Shown: positions 1-8,750, counted from the stretch's first letter. The stretch is 25,909 nt of DNA from a virus (IMGVR_UViG_3300037518_000482:1-25909); one strand, 5' to 3'. Made by a program: numbers and translations. The notes: generated from the letters alone by a model not told the origin.

Positions 1-1
1 C

Positions 2-517
2 GCCGTCACGGTCGAGAAGATCGGCCGCCGGCACTACCTCACCGGCGACACTTACGCGCACAAGGACGCGATCCGTGACGCTGGCTGTAAGTGGGACCCC
101 GACCAGCGTTCGTGGTGGACTGGCAAGGCTGCTGTCGCGGCTGAGCTTGTCGAGGCGATCGCGTCGGCGCCCGTCGGCCCTCTCGAGGGCTACCCCACCA
201 AGCTCCCGAGCGGCGACTGGGGTGCTCGGATTATGGGCTCCCCCGAAGTGGGCGCTACCGTCCGCATTCGGACGCGAGCTGGCAAGACCTGGGACGCTTT
301 GGTCGAAGCCGTGCACCCGCAAGGTGACGGCTCCTGCGTCGTCAAGACGCGGCGCGAGGCGACGGCCAGCAGCCCGCAGCCCAGCCGCTCCGCCCAAGTT
401 CCCGTCTCCGCGGCTCCCCGGCCCCGCTATCGCACCTGGCGCCCCTGTGGATACCCGGGCTGCAGCCAGCACTACTGCGACGAGTGCGATGGCGAGGGTT
501 ACATCCCCGGCCGTTGA
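2..517 (+). CDS. 5'-partial modular protein: DUF5710-like N-domain, beta-barrel-like domain, C-terminal Cys4 Zn-binding motif
   Basis: The frame of ORF 233..517 is open back to base 2 (AVTVEKIGRRHYLTGDTYAHKDAIRDAGCKWDPDQRSWWTG...). KD...G.KWDP...WW resembles DUF5710; the C-terminus reads CGYPGC..YCDEC. Confidence 0.7.
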   Translation, partial: AVTVEKIGRRHYLTGDTYAHKDAIRDAGCKWDPDQRSWWTGKAAVAAELVEAIASAPVGPLEGYPTKLPSGDWGARIMGSPEVGATVRIRTRAGKTWDALVEAVHPQGDGSCVVKTRREATASSPQPSRSAQVPVSAAPRPRYRTWRPCGYPGCSQHYCDECDGEGYIPGR

Positions 518-580
518 GCCGGACCTGCCCTCTCAGCACGTAGACTTCATCGCCCTCGATTCGTCGACAGGACCCAGACC

Positions 581-1624
581 ATGACCATCACTGCAACATA
601 TTCGCGAGTTGAGTCCCGCCACCGGGACTTCGGATACCGGGCCGCCATCGAGGAGATCTACAGCTCGGACGAGGGCTTCGCGGCCTATGAGACACGCGTC
701 AACCTCGATGTCGAGGCCGTGGAAGATGACGATCTTCTTTGGGTCACAGCGGATGGCTCGCCAGCGTTGCTAGACCGCCTTCTCTTCACGCGTGAGCTGA
801 CCGCTCACGCGGTGGAGGTCCTGACGTCCTACGCTCCTGGGGGCGTCCTGCTTCCGGGGGAAGCGGAAGCTCGCGGGCGCACTATTGCCGCGGTCCGTGC
901 GTCGGGGCCCCTCGCAGCCCGTGCCATCGCGGAGGGCTGGGAGACCTATTCCTGGGCTCCGGTGCACGGCGGCTCGCGCCCCCATTGGTCGTACTGCCAC
1001 GGTGACGTGATCGATGTGACCCGGCCACGCGCTGACGGTGGCGGCTGGGCCGTCGCTGTTGTCCTTGCGTCCGACCGCGAGGGGTCGAGTCACGAGCCAC
1101 GGTTCAAGTACGGCGAGGAGACTCCGTATGAGGACAGTTCGCCGCTTCGTTCGCTCGTGACCGTGGCGTACGTGCCGCGGTCGGACCTCTACAGCATTGT
1201 CCAGGTGGCCGTCGACGTCCGAGTCGCGCTCCGAGTCACAAAGCGACCAGGCAGCGGCGCCATCGACGTCGGCGGTTGCGCGTTCGCGGTCGACGTCGAC
1301 CATCGTTCACGGCTTGCGGTTCCGCTTCTACCAGAGAGTGTACGTGCGTCGATTCTCGCGCGTGGCGAAGACCTAGACGTCGTGGCAGGCGGATTCTCGG
1401 TTCTTGTCGAGATCGTCGCCGTTGGGCTGCCGTGTGTCGATCCGTCGCCCGGCGATCTCGTGGTCAGGACTCGGTCAGCGGTGGCCGGTTCGCTCGATCG
1501 TGTGGCCGCCGTCGAGGGTGCCAACGTGACCTTGGAGTCCGGGCGCATCACCTGGGCACCAAAGGACGGTGGCTACACCCTCTACCGGGTGGTGCTGCCG
1601 TTCGATCTTCCTCACCAGACCTGA
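581..1624 (+). CDS. hypothetical protein (347 aa)
   Basis: Long ORF with GC3-biased codons and upstream ACAGGA RBS; no family recognised. Confidence 0.7.
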   Translation: MTITATYSRVESRHRDFGYRAAIEEIYSSDEGFAAYETRVNLDVEAVEDDDLLWVTADGSPALLDRLLFTRELTAHAVEVLTSYAPGGVLLPGEAEARGRTIAAVRASGPLAARAIAEGWETYSWAPVHGGSRPHWSYCHGDVIDVTRPRADGGGWAVAVVLASDREGSSHEPRFKYGEETPYEDSSPLRSLVTVAYVPRSDLYSIVQVAVDVRVALRVTKRPGSGAIDVGGCAFAVDVDHRSRLAVPLLPESVRASILARGEDLDVVAGGFSVLVEIVAVGLPCVDPSPGDLVVRTRSAVAGSLDRVAAVEGANVTLESGRITWAPKDGGYTLYRVVLPFDLPHQT

Positions 1625-1653
1625 CCCTCATCACCACTGGAGGAGACCAGACC

Positions 1654-1767
1654 GTGAGCGCATCCATCACCCACCTCGCCATCAAGACCGGCAGCGTTTT
1701 CACCTGCGTCACAGTCGATCTCGACGCCAACCAGTGCACAGTGCTCCATATCAACCTCGACTGCTAG
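1654..1767 (+). CDS. small hypothetical protein (37 aa)
   Basis: GGAGGAG RBS then GTG; MSASITHLAIKTGSVFTCVTVDLDANQCTVLHINLDC fills the gap between flanking genes. Confidence 0.5.
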   Translation: MSASITHLAIKTGSVFTCVTVDLDANQCTVLHINLDC

Positions 1768-1795
1768 TTCAACCATCAACTCGAAAGCTAATCTT

Positions 1796-2089
1796 ATGAC
1801 ATCACCACAAACCACCATGCGCGACAAGATCATCTCGATCACAGGATGGATGAGGGAGAACGCGGGGGCTCTCAGCGCAGCCCACTCGCTCTCGACCTCG
1901 TACATCGAAACCATCGAATGGGACGACGTCCCTGACGACGCAGTTGCCTACGGGCAACTGACGGTCTGGGTCAAGGGTCGGCGGCTGCTCGCAGGCGTCT
2001 GGACCGGGACCGAGTGGGTGACGCATTTCGACGGCCGCGGCCGCGTACGAGACATCACGAGCGCCATTCATAGGGTCGACGGACGATGA
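1796..2089 (+). CDS. hypothetical protein
   Basis: ORF with ATGA overlap to the next gene. Confidence 0.6.
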   Translation: MTSPQTTMRDKIISITGWMRENAGALSAAHSLSTSYIETIEWDDVPDDAVAYGQLTVWVKGRRLLAGVWTGTEWVTHFDGRGRVRDITSAIHRVDGR

Positions 2090-2607
2090 CTGGACGAGAC
2101 GTCGCAGCCGTCGCGCCTGCAGCGACTCACCACTACTCCACTCACCCGATGGGGTACGCCTGCAGGTATCGCCGGCGAGCGTCCAAAATCGGCGACGTCG
2201 TGCAGCATTCTCGCCTGTGCGACGAGTTTCCTGGGTTGGTCGTCCTGCCCGTTTGGGCGCCCGCAGACGAGATCGTCGCGCTCGACCGGCTGGTTGATCA
2301 GGGGGATGCGACCGCGGTCGATGAGATGTCGCGCGCGCTCGGAATGACGCCGGACTACAATCCTCCAGAGGGACGATGGACGCGGTGGGAGGACGACTGG
2401 GCGATCGCCCTCGACACCATCGTGGAGCCTGGCACCCTGATCAAGGCGCGGCGCAACAGCGGAGAGATCAGCGAGCAGACCGTCGCCCGGACCGTGTGCG
2501 TGCGCGATGACGGAAGTTCGATCGTGCTGCCCGAGAAGGGGCCCTTCGAACCATCGCGCGAGGACGAGCGGGCGGCTCGCGCTCGCAAGCGGTTGAGGTA
2601 CCGATGA
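2086..2607 (+). CDS. hypothetical protein; C-terminal domain resembles the middle domain of ORF <2..517
   Basis: ATGA-coupled on both sides; EGRWTRWEDDWAIALDTIVEPGTLIKARRNSG...DDGSSIV. Confidence 0.7.
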   Translation: MTGRDVAAVAPAATHHYSTHPMGYACRYRRRASKIGDVVQHSRLCDEFPGLVVLPVWAPADEIVALDRLVDQGDATAVDEMSRALGMTPDYNPPEGRWTRWEDDWAIALDTIVEPGTLIKARRNSGEISEQTVARTVCVRDDGSSIVLPEKGPFEPSREDERAARARKRLRYR

Positions 2608-3380
2608 ACACCGTCAAGGTCATGGGTCGGGCATCGAGGTGGGATGGGCCCTACTACGTCCAATCGTTTGAGCGCGGCCAGTGGATCCATTGTCCAGGCG
2701 AGTGGATGTCGATCGCGGACGCGAAGCGCTACGCCGAATCAGCGACGGGCGTCTATGAGCCGTCCACCGAATACCGAGTGGTGCCCAGTACGCACATCGA
2801 CCGCCCGCGTCGGGTGCGAGAGTTCGTGATACGACTGAAGACGAATGAACTGACTCGCGCCGGTCTCGTCCGCCTGGGGGACATGTTGCGCGCCGCAGCG
2901 GATCCAGAACTCGACCGGCTCTGGACCCCAAAATCGAAGAGCGGGCAGCGTGTCCTAGAGCGCGCACGAGCGCAGGCCATCGCCTCGACACCACCGCGCA
3001 ACCTTGCCCCACGGGTTGGGCTCCTCCGCACCCTTCGCCTCGAGTTCGTTGGCCACGATGTGTGGTCGACCGTTCGTGTTCGGGGCATGAGGCCCTGGGT
3101 GGCGCGACCGGTTCTGCGCCTGTCTGACCTGGTCGGCATCGACGGACGCCGTCGCGTCGAAGTCGAAGACAGGACGTTTGATGTCGGCCAGTTCGACTAC
3201 GCTGGCGCAGACAAGACGGGTGGGACGGGCGTTGACCTGGTTTTCCAGCTACGTCAGGGCGTTGTCTACGAGGTGTTTGACCGAGCTCGCAGGGTCGGAC
3301 CTCGCCGCAATTTCATGATCCATGACGGCCAGTGCGGGCACGATATCTCGCGCGAAGAGGCCCGCCGTGCGCAGGGTTGA
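2604..3380 (+). CDS. multi-domain phage protein with C-terminal PWVA..DY..A..G..GV..L..G..YEV domain, overlapping the ibrA start
   Basis: ATGA-coupled ORF. The C-terminal motif pattern (PWVAR, FDYAGADKTGGTGV, LRQGVVYEV, ISREEA) resembles proteins I recall next to phage ParB/PAPS-reductase genes; not verified. Confidence 0.7.
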   Translation: MNTVKVMGRASRWDGPYYVQSFERGQWIHCPGEWMSIADAKRYAESATGVYEPSTEYRVVPSTHIDRPRRVREFVIRLKTNELTRAGLVRLGDMLRAAADPELDRLWTPKSKSGQRVLERARAQAIASTPPRNLAPRVGLLRTLRLEFVGHDVWSTVRVRGMRPWVARPVLRLSDLVGIDGRRRVEVEDRTFDVGQFDYAGADKTGGTGVDLVFQLRQGVVYEVFDRARRVGPRRNFMIHDGQCGHDISREEARRAQG

Positions 3381-4578
3381 ACTCGACGTCGACGTCATGA
3401 CCGCTGCGCGCGAGCGCGTGGCCTGGGTGTTCGACACCTTTCCACGGATCTGCGTCAGCTTCTCCGCAGGCAAAGACTCGAGCGTCCTGCTGCACCTGGT
3501 CGTCGAGGAAGCGCGCCGCCGCAATCAGCGGGTTGGCGTGATGCTGATCGACCTTGAGGCCCAGTACAGCGCGACTATCGACCATGCGCTGGCGATGTAT
3601 CGCGACCACGCGGACGTGATCGAGCCGCACTGGGTCGCGCTCCCGATCGTGCTGTGCAACGCCGTCAGTCAGTACGAGCCGCGCTGGGCTGCCTGGGATC
3701 CCGATGCCCGAAGCGCGTGGGTCCGACAGCCTCCAGAGTTTGCGGTGACCGACCCCGGGTTCTACCCCTTCTATCGCCACGCGATGGAGTTCGAGGAGTT
3801 CGTCGAGTGCTTCGGCGAGTGGTACAGCCAGGGCGAACCCACTGCGATCTTGGTTGGCATCCGGGCGCAAGAGAGCCTCAATCGCTATCGCACGCTAATC
3901 AACGCCTCCAAGACCACGGTAGACGGGAAGAGGTGGACCACCTGGAAAGGCGGGTCGACCTACAACGCCTACCCGATCTATGACTGGCGAACCGAGGACA
4001 TCTGGCGAGCGAACGGCAAGTGCGGGTGGGCCTACAATACGGTCTATGACCAGATGCACTTGGCCGGACTGACGATCCATCAGGCGCGACTTTGCCAGCC
4101 GTACGGTTCCGACCAGCGTAAGGGGCTTTGGTTGTTCAAGGTGATCGAACCCGAGACGTGGGCCCGGGTCGTCGCGCGCGTCCTCGGTGCCAACACCGGT
4201 TCGCTCTACGCCCACAAGAGCGGCGGGCTATTCGGTCGGATCAAGGTCAACCTGCCCGCCGGGCACACCTGGGAGAGCTTCGCAGGATTGTTGCTCGAGA
4301 CGATGCCTCCGGCGAGCCGTGAGCACTACGAAGCCAAGATCGCCGTCTTCGTGCAGTGGTACCGGGCCCGCGGGGTCTGGCCGATCCCAGACGACACTGA
4401 CGAGGCGTTGGCGGAGCGCTTTCCCAATCACAAGGGCCCGTCGTGGCGAAGGATCGCAACGACGTTGCTGAAGAACGACTGGTGGTGCAAGGGTCTGAGC
4501 TTCTCGCAGACCAAGAGCGACGCCTACGAAAAGTACCTGCGCGTCATGAAGGCGCGCAAAACCAAGTGGGGACTATGA
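3367..4578 (+). CDS. ibrA: IbrA/YbdN-like PAPS-reductase-superfamily (PP-loop) protein with DUF3440
   Basis: PP-loop SFSAGKDS, DLEAQY, NAVSQY, GIRAQESLNR, YPIYDW, RLCQPYG, LLKNDWWCKGLSFSQTK. GTG start at 3367 follows GAAGAGG (ORF track starts at 3322). Confidence 0.9.
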   Translation: MRRVELDVDVMTAARERVAWVFDTFPRICVSFSAGKDSSVLLHLVVEEARRRNQRVGVMLIDLEAQYSATIDHALAMYRDHADVIEPHWVALPIVLCNAVSQYEPRWAAWDPDARSAWVRQPPEFAVTDPGFYPFYRHAMEFEEFVECFGEWYSQGEPTAILVGIRAQESLNRYRTLINASKTTVDGKRWTTWKGGSTYNAYPIYDWRTEDIWRANGKCGWAYNTVYDQMHLAGLTIHQARLCQPYGSDQRKGLWLFKVIEPETWARVVARVLGANTGSLYAHKSGGLFGRIKVNLPAGHTWESFAGLLLETMPPASREHYEAKIAVFVQWYRARGVWPIPDDTDEALAERFPNHKGPSWRRIATTLLKNDWWCKGLSFSQTKSDAYEKYLRVMKARKTKWGL

Positions 4579-4970
4579 CAATCGAGATCGTCACGCTTCC
4601 ACCCGAGTCTCGTCTCATCGCACCGCTCGTCGCGCCCATCGCGATGTCGCGCGAAGCCAAAGCGGTGATGAAGGTCGCGGACACAAAGACCTGGTGGGTC
4701 GCCATCGCCGGCGGCGAGCCGATCGGACTCGTGGCCGCGGACCAGCATCATGACCACGTGCTGCTGCAGCATGCCATCGTGCTCGCAGCGCACCGAGGCA
4801 AAGGGGTCTACAGGGCACTCTTTCGTGCCCGGCTCAAACACGTCAAGCAACTCGGTCTGAGGCTTCGCGCCGTTGTCGCTCCGGAACTCATCGAGACATT
4901 CGAGGCTCACGGATTTGCCCAAACGGGTCCGAGGGGCAAATACGCAATCATGGAGATCAGCAATGAATGA
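4575..4970 (+). CDS. GNAT-family acetyltransferase
   Basis: Acetyl-CoA motif A (VLAAHRGKGVYRAL) and C-terminal FEAHGF; ATGA overlap with ibrA stop. Confidence 0.85.
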   Translation: MTIEIVTLPPESRLIAPLVAPIAMSREAKAVMKVADTKTWWVAIAGGEPIGLVAADQHHDHVLLQHAIVLAAHRGKGVYRALFRARLKHVKQLGLRLRAVVAPELIETFEAHGFAQTGPRGKYAIMEISNE

Positions 4971-5616
4971 AGACCTACGTGCGCTCACCAACGCGATGGT
5001 GAGCGAACTCTCGCGACTCGACCTGTCCGAGCGCGTCGTCGCGCTCAACTACGTACGCGGCCGACTCCACACGGAAGCGAGTCCGTTCGCGGACGAGCCC
5101 GTGGACTTCGTTGCTTGGGAGCCGTCCGCCGATGTCCGAGCAAACGACTACAACCCGAACGCTGTGGCGCCTCCCGAGATGCGCTTGCTGGAGCACTCGA
5201 TCCTTGAGGATGGCTACACGCAGCCGATCGTGGCTCACGACGTCGGAACGCAACTCGAAGTCGTCGACGGGTTCCACCGCAGCCGCGTGGGCAAGGAGTC
5301 CAAGGACGTGCGCGAGCGCGTTCTCAACTACCTGCCAGTGGTCAGGATCCGAGCGGGGCGCGAGGCCAAGGACGACCGGATGGCCTCGACTGTCCGCCAC
5401 AACCGAGCTCGCGGCTCGCACGGCGTGATCGCCATGCAGGACCTGGTCGCCTACCTGTCCAAGAAGGGGTGGGACACTGCGAAGATCAGCAAGGAACTCG
5501 GGATGGACGACGACGAAGTGCTGCGCTACCGGCAGATCAGCGGCCTCGCCGAGTTGTTTGCTGACCAAGAGTTTTCCCTCGCGTTCGAGATCATCGACGA
5601 CCAGGACGAGGACTGA
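4963..5616 (+). CDS. ibrB: IbrB/YbdM-like ParB/Srx-domain protein
   Basis: SPFADEPVD, ANDYNPNAVAPPEMRLLEHSILEDGYTQPIV, VVDGFHR, RMASTVRHNRARGSH, then an HTH-like ISKELGMDDDEVLR. Confidence 0.9.
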   Translation: MNEDLRALTNAMVSELSRLDLSERVVALNYVRGRLHTEASPFADEPVDFVAWEPSADVRANDYNPNAVAPPEMRLLEHSILEDGYTQPIVAHDVGTQLEVVDGFHRSRVGKESKDVRERVLNYLPVVRIRAGREAKDDRMASTVRHNRARGSHGVIAMQDLVAYLSKKGWDTAKISKELGMDDDEVLRYRQISGLAELFADQEFSLAFEIIDDQDED

Positions 5617-5891
5617 TGGCCAGCCGACCAACAGAGTACCTCCGCGAGCGGCAGGCGGCCGCCCGAGAGATGGGCCGCTGCATCTGGTGTGGTGAGGCGG
5701 CGGCGAGCCCCGAAGGGATCCTCTGTGGCACGTGCCTCGCTTCGAAGGCAACGGCCTACCTGCGAGCCAAGGCAGCGTCGCGGTGCACCAAATGCGGCGA
5801 GCCGGCCGACGGCTCGTGGGCCTGCGAGGCTTGCCGAGACCGCGCCAACGACCGTCGACGCGAACGGCGTGGGCAGAGAACCCATGACTGA
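5616..5891 (+). CDS. small Cys-rich tandem zinc-finger protein
   Basis: Four CxxC motifs (CIWC, CGTC, CTKC, CEAC); TGATG overlap with ibrB. Confidence 0.7.
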   Translation: MASRPTEYLRERQAAAREMGRCIWCGEAAASPEGILCGTCLASKATAYLRAKAASRCTKCGEPADGSWACEACRDRANDRRRERRGQRTHD

Positions 5892-6183
5892 CCCAGCCAA
5901 CCCCCCTCCGGTGACGGCCAACATTCTGGTCGGACTCAATCTTGAGCGCCTGCTCGTTGAGAAAGGCTGGGAGGAGGAGGCCTTCGCAGTTCGACTCGGG
6001 ATGGCAGGGCAGGGACGGACGGTGACGGCCCGTCACGCGGTCAGCAATCTCCAGCAGTACCTGCGAGGGAACCGCTACCCGGGCGCTGCGACGCTGGACC
6101 GCTGGGTCGAAGTGCTCGGTGTTCCGCACTTCGAATTCTACCTCCCTGTGCAGGCGCCGATCAGCCCAGAGGCGGGCGAGTGA
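5884..6183 (+). CDS. XRE-family helix-turn-helix regulator
   Basis: VGLNLERLLVEKGWEEEAFAVRLG...LQQYLRGNRYPGAATLDRWVEVLGV fits a Cro/C1 HTH with an inserted loop. Confidence 0.75.
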   Translation: MTDPANPPPVTANILVGLNLERLLVEKGWEEEAFAVRLGMAGQGRTVTARHAVSNLQQYLRGNRYPGAATLDRWVEVLGVPHFEFYLPVQAPISPEAGE

Positions 6184-6569
6184 GCGCCCGACGGCTGGAA
6201 GCTCTCGCTGCGATGGCGGAGACCTGCGAGACAGCGGGCGAGCGCGCGGCAGCTCTCGCTGCCCTACAGGCCCACCGTCGTACCCAACTCGAGCGCCAGC
6301 CCCCGCCGCTCAAGGACGGCCCGCTGGTCACCCGGAAGGGCGGCCGACCTTTCCGGGGCAGGCAGGACTGCGACGGCGATGTCTGGGTCCCTGTCCAGTT
6401 GAGCGAGGCTGACGCCCGGGAACTCGCGGCGAGCCGCTCGAGGCTGGTCACGAAGGTCAACGGCGCGGTCTGCCTGGTCTTGGCGGAGCGAGTCGAGGTC
6501 GACGACGACCGGCAGCAGATCATCGTGGTCGGGCATGTTCTTGCCGGGCTCGCAAGTAAATCGGGCTGA
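6180..6569 (+). CDS. hypothetical protein
   Basis: GTGA-coupled ORF. Confidence 0.6.
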   Translation: MSARRLEALAAMAETCETAGERAAALAALQAHRRTQLERQPPPLKDGPLVTRKGGRPFRGRQDCDGDVWVPVQLSEADARELAASRSRLVTKVNGAVCLVLAERVEVDDDRQQIIVVGHVLAGLASKSG

Positions 6570-6573
6570 CACC

Positions 6574-6602
6574 TTGCGGACTAATGCGGCGCGTATTATA
6601 GA
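6574..6602 (+). promoter_or_regulatory. putative sigma70-type promoter for a leaderless transcript
   Basis: TTGCGG-17-TATAGA (or TATTAT at 6594) in an AT-rich patch; ATG at 6610 with no SD sequence. Confidence 0.5.
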
Positions 6603-6609
6603 TCTGGAC

Positions 6610-6795
6610 ATGACCCGCCGCGCGAAGCTCAGCATCGACACGATCATGACCTTCGATGTCGAAGGTCAGCCCTTCGTCGGCTGGGTCGTTGGCACGACCT
6701 TCGACGCCGCCGGGATGACCTACGCGTGGCGCTCGACGTCGGGGCTCGGGGCCATCACCCGCGGCATCCCCAAAGACGCCCAAGCCGTCACCTGA
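6610..6795 (+). CDS. hypothetical protein (61 aa)
   Basis: ATG directly downstream of the putative promoter; GC3-biased codons. Confidence 0.6.
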   Translation: MTRRAKLSIDTIMTFDVEGQPFVGWVVGTTFDAAGMTYAWRSTSGLGAITRGIPKDAQAVT

Positions 6796-6846
6796 AATCC
6801 ACAACCAGCGGGGATCGATCCCAGCCCAACCACGACAGGAAAGACC

Positions 6847-7098
6847 ATGACCATCACCCACCACATCAGCATCATCATCAGCTACATCCGGCAGGGCCGC
6901 GCCTCGCGTGCCCGCACCCGGGCCTCTGGGGCCCGCTGGACCCTCAGCGGTTGGACGCACGAATCACGCGATACTCTGCGCGCGCGACGCGCGCGAAGGT
7001 CCGCGCTTCGGCGGGCCAGCCAGATCAAGAAGATCGGCCCCAACACCTGGCAGTCGGGCGGGCCCGACGGTCCGATCATGACCATCACCACCCGCTGA
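6847..7098 (+). CDS. Arg-rich hypothetical protein
   Basis: ACAGGA RBS; start context nearly identical to that of ORF 581. Confidence 0.55.
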   Translation: MTITHHISIIISYIRQGRASRARTRASGARWTLSGWTHESRDTLRARRARRSALRRASQIKKIGPNTWQSGGPDGPIMTITTR

Positions 7099-7118
7099 CC
7101 ACGCCAGAGCAAACCATC

Positions 7119-7457
7119 ATGGAAACCGACACCATTACCACCACCCCGCTTGATATCGTAATGCTCGCCGCGAAACTCTCGACCGAGACGGGCGAGTTCA
7201 GGTCGGCCGCGGAGGCGGCCGATAAAGTCTGCGCGGTCAAAGACAAGCTTGCGACGGAGCTAAATCAGATCCGTGCCGAGCGGGAAGACCGTTCGGCGAA
7301 TCGGCGGGCCCTTGGCATTGGCATGCATGCACCGGACCGCGACCTTGACGAGCGTGCGCAACTCGTTCGCTCATGCCACGAGGCCGCAAGCTATTGGCTG
7401 ACGCGGCAACTGCGTCACGCCTACGAACTCAGCCGACACGCCGGCTACTCTGGCTAG
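7119..7457 (+). CDS. hypothetical, probably helical protein
   Basis: METDTITTT... start inside ORF 6726..7457; followed by a terminator. Confidence 0.6.
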   Translation: METDTITTTPLDIVMLAAKLSTETGEFRSAAEAADKVCAVKDKLATELNQIRAEREDRSANRRALGIGMHAPDRDLDERAQLVRSCHEAASYWLTRQLRHAYELSRHAGYSG

Positions 7458-7495
7458 CTATCGGTCGCTATCGGTCGCTCGCAGACCACGGACCC

Positions 7496-7525
7496 AGCCC
7501 CGCCCTCACGAGGGGCGGGGCTTTT
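7496..7525 (+). terminator. intrinsic terminator
   Basis: AGCCCCGCCC-loop-GGGCGGGGCT followed by TTT. Confidence 0.75.
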
Positions 7526-7547
7526 GCGGTAGGAGAACCCGACGCGC

Positions 7548-7874
7548 ATGAGCATCCTCGCCAGCCTGATCTGCCGGATGCGACGCCCCAAGTCCGCTCA
7601 GCTCACCGAGGGCTATCGGGCTCCCGCCGACCCCGACCCCGTGGCCGAGCTCGGGATCTACATGCGCGGACTCGTGACGCGGGTCCGAGTGCTCGAGCGG
7701 CAGCTCGCCGAGCAAGGCCAGGTTCCGGCCTCGACACCAACGGGTCGCCAGATCATCGCGGCCGCCGAGCTCGTAGAGAGCCTCGCGCGGGGCGAGGGCG
7801 TACCGTCGCAGTGGAACACCCTCGAGCTGCGCGAGCTCGCTGGGCTGCTACGCGGGCTCGGGGACTGGGTCTAG
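7548..7874 (+). CDS. hypothetical protein
   Basis: AGGAG upstream; converges on and overlaps the 3' end of the mom-like gene. Confidence 0.6.
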   Translation: MSILASLICRMRRPKSAQLTEGYRAPADPDPVAELGIYMRGLVTRVRVLERQLAEQGQVPASTPTGRQIIAAAELVESLARGEGVPSQWNTLELRELAGLLRGLGDWV

Positions 7875-8703
7875 CCGCCCGAGCGTGCAAGCCACGATGT
7901 CGGTCTGCGAGACCTTCGGGTAGGGCTTCGAATCGGGCAGGTGGCGCCTGCCCCGTCGCTCGAGGGCCCAGGCGTATTTGAGGTTCATTCGGCGGGTCAG
8001 CCTCGGGATCCACTGCTGCAGCCACGCCGTGGCGTCCTCGGACTCGCTGAGCTCTGCTGCGCCGTGGGCCACGAGCAGTCCGGCCGCGTAGCGCCAGCCC
8101 TTGTCTCGCTTGCGGATCTTCGCCAGCGCTCGACCGTGGACCACCGTGCCGTCTGGGAGCAGGCGCCGACGCTCGGCCTTGCTCCGGCCGAGGTAGACCG
8201 CGTTGGTGGCCTGGTAGATCGTCCCGAGGTGACCGGGAAAGACTTGGGCTCCATCGGCCGAGGTCCTCGGCTCCGGATCCGAGAAGCTCACCACGCCGGT
8301 GTAGCCATCACGCCGGAGCAACTCGAAGCACCGGGCGAGGAACCAGCTCTCGCCGTTGGCGGGGACGTCATCGAGCAGGACGAAGCGCCCGAGTTCGGCG
8401 CGGCTGTTGTTGTCGCCGGGCGCGGGGTCGAGCGCGCGCGGGTTGGCGGGAACGCTGAAGACCGCGACCCCGACGAGTTCGGCTCGCGGCTCCGATGTCC
8501 ACGCTCGGGAAGCTCCACGGTAAAGCCCAACGCGCACCCGCGCCGCCGGGTAGCTCCCCGAGTAGTGGTGCTTGAGCACGAAGCGCTTGGCCTCGGTCCC
8601 CGGGGATCGGCTCGACGTCGTAGGCGCGGGTGTCGATCGGCTCCCCTGCCGGTCGGTAGCTGCCCCGACGATCCTTCCAGCGTTGCACGTGTCCGACGAT
8701 CAC
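7848..8703 (-). pseudogene. mom: Mom-family adenine-modification (methylcarbamoylation) protein, split by a frameshift near 8595-8606
   Basis: ORF 7848..8579 has Mom motifs HHYSG, ELGRFVLLDDVPANGESWFLAR, VSFSDP and GHLGTIYQATNAVYLG. The N-terminus (VIVGHVQRWKDRRGSYRPAGEPIDTRAYDVEPI) is in another frame and joins TEAKRFVLKHHY only by a +1/-2 shift. Confidence 0.8.
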
Positions 8704-8750
8704 CCGCCCACCATCGGTGGACGCGTTCGGCACCGCCAAGTCGAGCGGGT

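Noticed and set aside
4963-5616. ParB as a partition system
   Set aside because: No ParA in the window and the motifs are IbrB-type.
4975-6129. 384-aa minus strand ORF
   Set aside because: Antisense to the well-supported ibrB, Zn-finger and HTH genes.
7457-7479. 10-bp tandem repeat (GCTATCGGTC)x2
   Set aside because: Only about 2.3 copies with no spacers; not CRISPR or iteron-like.
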